NCBI GenBank assembly: GCA_947452925.1
Contig: CANGFK010000001.1
Coordinates: 1 to 62,711 of the forward strand
Length of the DNA stretch: 62,711 bases
Direction: 5' to 3'
Source: Chitinophagaceae bacterium
GTDB taxonomy: Bacteria > Bacteroidota > Bacteroidia > Chitinophagales > Chitinophagaceae
Positions 60,949-62,711 of the stretch are shown here, piece by piece. The notes beneath the pieces are model-generated. The model did not search any database and was not told the origin of the DNA. It saw only the letters and a program-made list of their open reading frames with translations. Made by a program: the position numbers and the translations under genes. The stretch's first letter is position 1. Each line of letters begins with the position of its first letter.

Positions 60949-61704
60949 ATGAAGGATAATATGTCATTTTTTTCCAAGCATTTTTTATTGTTTATCTATT
61001 TTCTTTTCCTTGGGTTGGATTGCTATTTTCTATACAAAGCCAATTATCGTACTAGGCTGTATTCCAAAACTATATTGATGGTTTTTTTAATACTTTGGTT
61101 TCATAGAAACACAGCATTAAGTATGAGAATGCCCGCACAATCTTTCTACATACTCTTTTGCGCCTATGCAATGCTGATACTGTCTTTGGTCTCAGATGTT
61201 TGTAGTATCGGGTGGACAGTCTTTACTAATTATGTCTATTTGTTACTATACATTCCCATATACTTTCTGTTTCTGCTGATGCTGATCCAGGTAGTAAAAA
61301 GAGCGCATGAAAAAAAGAAATTGATTTTCTATGTAAAAAAAATAACCCCATCCTTTCTGTTTGTGTTTGCAATAGCCATAATAGTTCTATGGAAAGCAGT
61401 AGGTTTCGGTACAGAGTTTCATCATTGGTGTTTGTATTTTAATGCACTCACTATCTGTCTTATAGCTGCAGTGACTGCTAATATGTGGGGTTATCCGCAA
61501 CTGAAAAGATGTCGTACCCTCTTCGCCACAAGTGTACTCTTCATCATTCTAACAAATGCTACTTTTTGTTTCGATGAACTATACTACAACAGGCGTCACC
61601 ACATTTTGGATGTATTTGTTGCTTTAGGAAATGGAGCCGTAATGATTTTTATGCTGCTCGGTGTCATCTCAATTTTAAAATATTGGAAGAAATTAGAATA
61701 CTAA
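60949..61704 (+). CDS. Polytopic membrane protein, divergent YhhN/lysoplasmalogenase-like
   Basis: About 8 TM segments; SKTILM, SLVSDV and LFIILTN loosely match YhhN motifs. Confidence 0.55.
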   Translation: MKDNMSFFSKHFLLFIYFLFLGLDCYFLYKANYRTRLYSKTILMVFLILWFHRNTALSMRMPAQSFYILFCAYAMLILSLVSDVCSIGWTVFTNYVYLLLYIPIYFLFLLMLIQVVKRAHEKKKLIFYVKKITPSFLFVFAIAIIVLWKAVGFGTEFHHWCLYFNALTICLIAAVTANMWGYPQLKRCRTLFATSVLFIILTNATFCFDELYYNRRHHILDVFVALGNGAVMIFMLLGVISILKYWKKLEY

Positions 61705-61760
61705 ACAAATTCAACATTCAGTATTAAATCACAAAAAAAGGTCAAAAGCCTTCAGCCTCA

Positions 61761-61846
61761 CAACCTCCAACCCTCAACCGCTTTCTTTACCTAAAACTTA
61801 TTACTTACAACCTAATACTTGCTTCTGCCTTACGCCTTACGCCTCA
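61761..61846 (+). repeat. Heptamer-rich intergenic repeat, right copy
   Basis: Exact 19- and 21-bp matches to 48294-48373; gccttac gccttac gcctca. Confidence 0.75.
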
Positions 61847-62089
61847 TAACTTCCTCTTTTCCATCAGTATATTCCTCCAACGAAAGAAAGATGACTATAA
61901 TCATACAACCGCTTTCATTGCATTAGTCTATCATTGCATCGATAGCAAATAACAAAACGTCTTGCTGTTGCCCGCTTGATTTGTAATATAGTTTAAAGTT
62001 AACAATTGCCTACAATGGCAATCACTTAAAACAAAGCAACTCCTCCTTCGCTTTCTAGTTTTATTTCATTAACTTTTAAATTATTACAA

Positions 62090-62711
62090 ATGCCACAAAA
62101 AATTCCGGTTACAACACCCATCACAACAATTCAGTTCACCACCATCGACACCAATAACACCAGTAATCAAGTCATTCTCGATCTCGCAAAAGTGCCCCTC
62201 ACTAGCTCACAGATAAAGTCAATGCTAGCAGTTTCTGTAGTCAGAGAAAGCGAAATAGCAGACATTAATAAGTATATTGTAATAGGACACCCAGGTTCAG
62301 TTCCAGAAGCGGTTGATATTCCAACCCTCCAAGCAGATTTGGTATACCTCGAAAACCTGAGAAAAAGAAAAGTAATACTATTCACCCAAAATAAAGAAAT
62401 GGATACCTTGGTGCAGATACAGGAAAATAATGTAATGTACAAAATGAACCTTGTACTCAACAATGCACGCGTTTTGGCAGCCGAGGACAAAGGACTTGCA
62501 GATTCAGTAAAAGTAATCACAGACACCTATTTCAGTCAGAATGGGATGCACCTCAAGCCTTCTGCCATGTCTCTGCCAATTGGTGCACACATCACGCAGA
62601 GCGCTATCACAGGCAAAATGTTTACCAATAAATCAAATGCAGTGATTTCTATTTTAGTAGTTGGTGGCGCTGTTACCAGTACCATATTAGTAAACCCTTT
62701 TTCTGGTGTTC
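62090..62711 (+). CDS. Hypothetical protein, truncated by the window end
   Basis: ATG at 62090 after an AT-rich leader; manual translation MPQKIPVTTPITTIQF... shows no stop before 62711, which explains its absence from the ORF track. Confidence 0.7.
   Translation, partial: MPQKIPVTTPITTIQFTTIDTNNTSNQVILDLAKVPLTSSQIKSMLAVSVVRESEIADINKYIVIGHPGSVPEAVDIPTLQADLVYLENLRKRKVILFTQNKEMDTLVQIQENNVMYKMNLVLNNARVLAAEDKGLADSVKVITDTYFSQNGMHLKPSAMSLPIGAHITQSAITGKMFTNKSNAVISILVVGGAVTSTILVNPFSGV

Noticed and set aside
62167-62526. 119-aa minus-strand ORF
   Set aside because: Antisense to the longer + strand ORF starting at 62090

Overview
AT-rich Bacteroidota chromosome segment, probably Chitinophagaceae-like (TAnnTTTG promoters, T9SS C-terminal domains, tmRNA tag GNTQYAMAA). 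Bases 1-31.5 kb are mostly housekeeping or metabolic genes: radical SAM/SPASM, GH25, korA, lpxD, M48, GH31, a DUF1778/GNAT toxin-antitoxin pair, uppP, lysC, cysM, nadE, USP, MerR-B12 regulator, uxaBC, an M16 pair, tmRNA, and tandem 2H-phosphoesterases plus a PA0069-like radical SAM. Bases 31.9-48.2 kb carry a secreted glycan-degradation cluster without SusC/SusD: a beta-helix protein, GH95 and three lyase-like proteins. Bases 48.4-61.7 kb carry a cell-surface cassette: TonB receptor, Reeler/CxxCH protein, a 1603-aa internally duplicated T9SS protein, a 76-aa PID-CTERM-like peptide, two small T9SS proteins and an exosortase. Most notable: (i) this cassette contains a duplicated two-gene module in which one QGGPxDGG micro-peptide is attached once to an exosortase signal and once to a T9SS signal, and two of its promoters share an 11-bp-periodic box; (ii) three sequence-unrelated intergenic elements share one architecture of 41-42-bp tandem units inside terminal inverted repeats. 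All family calls come from motif recognition by eye; no searches were run.
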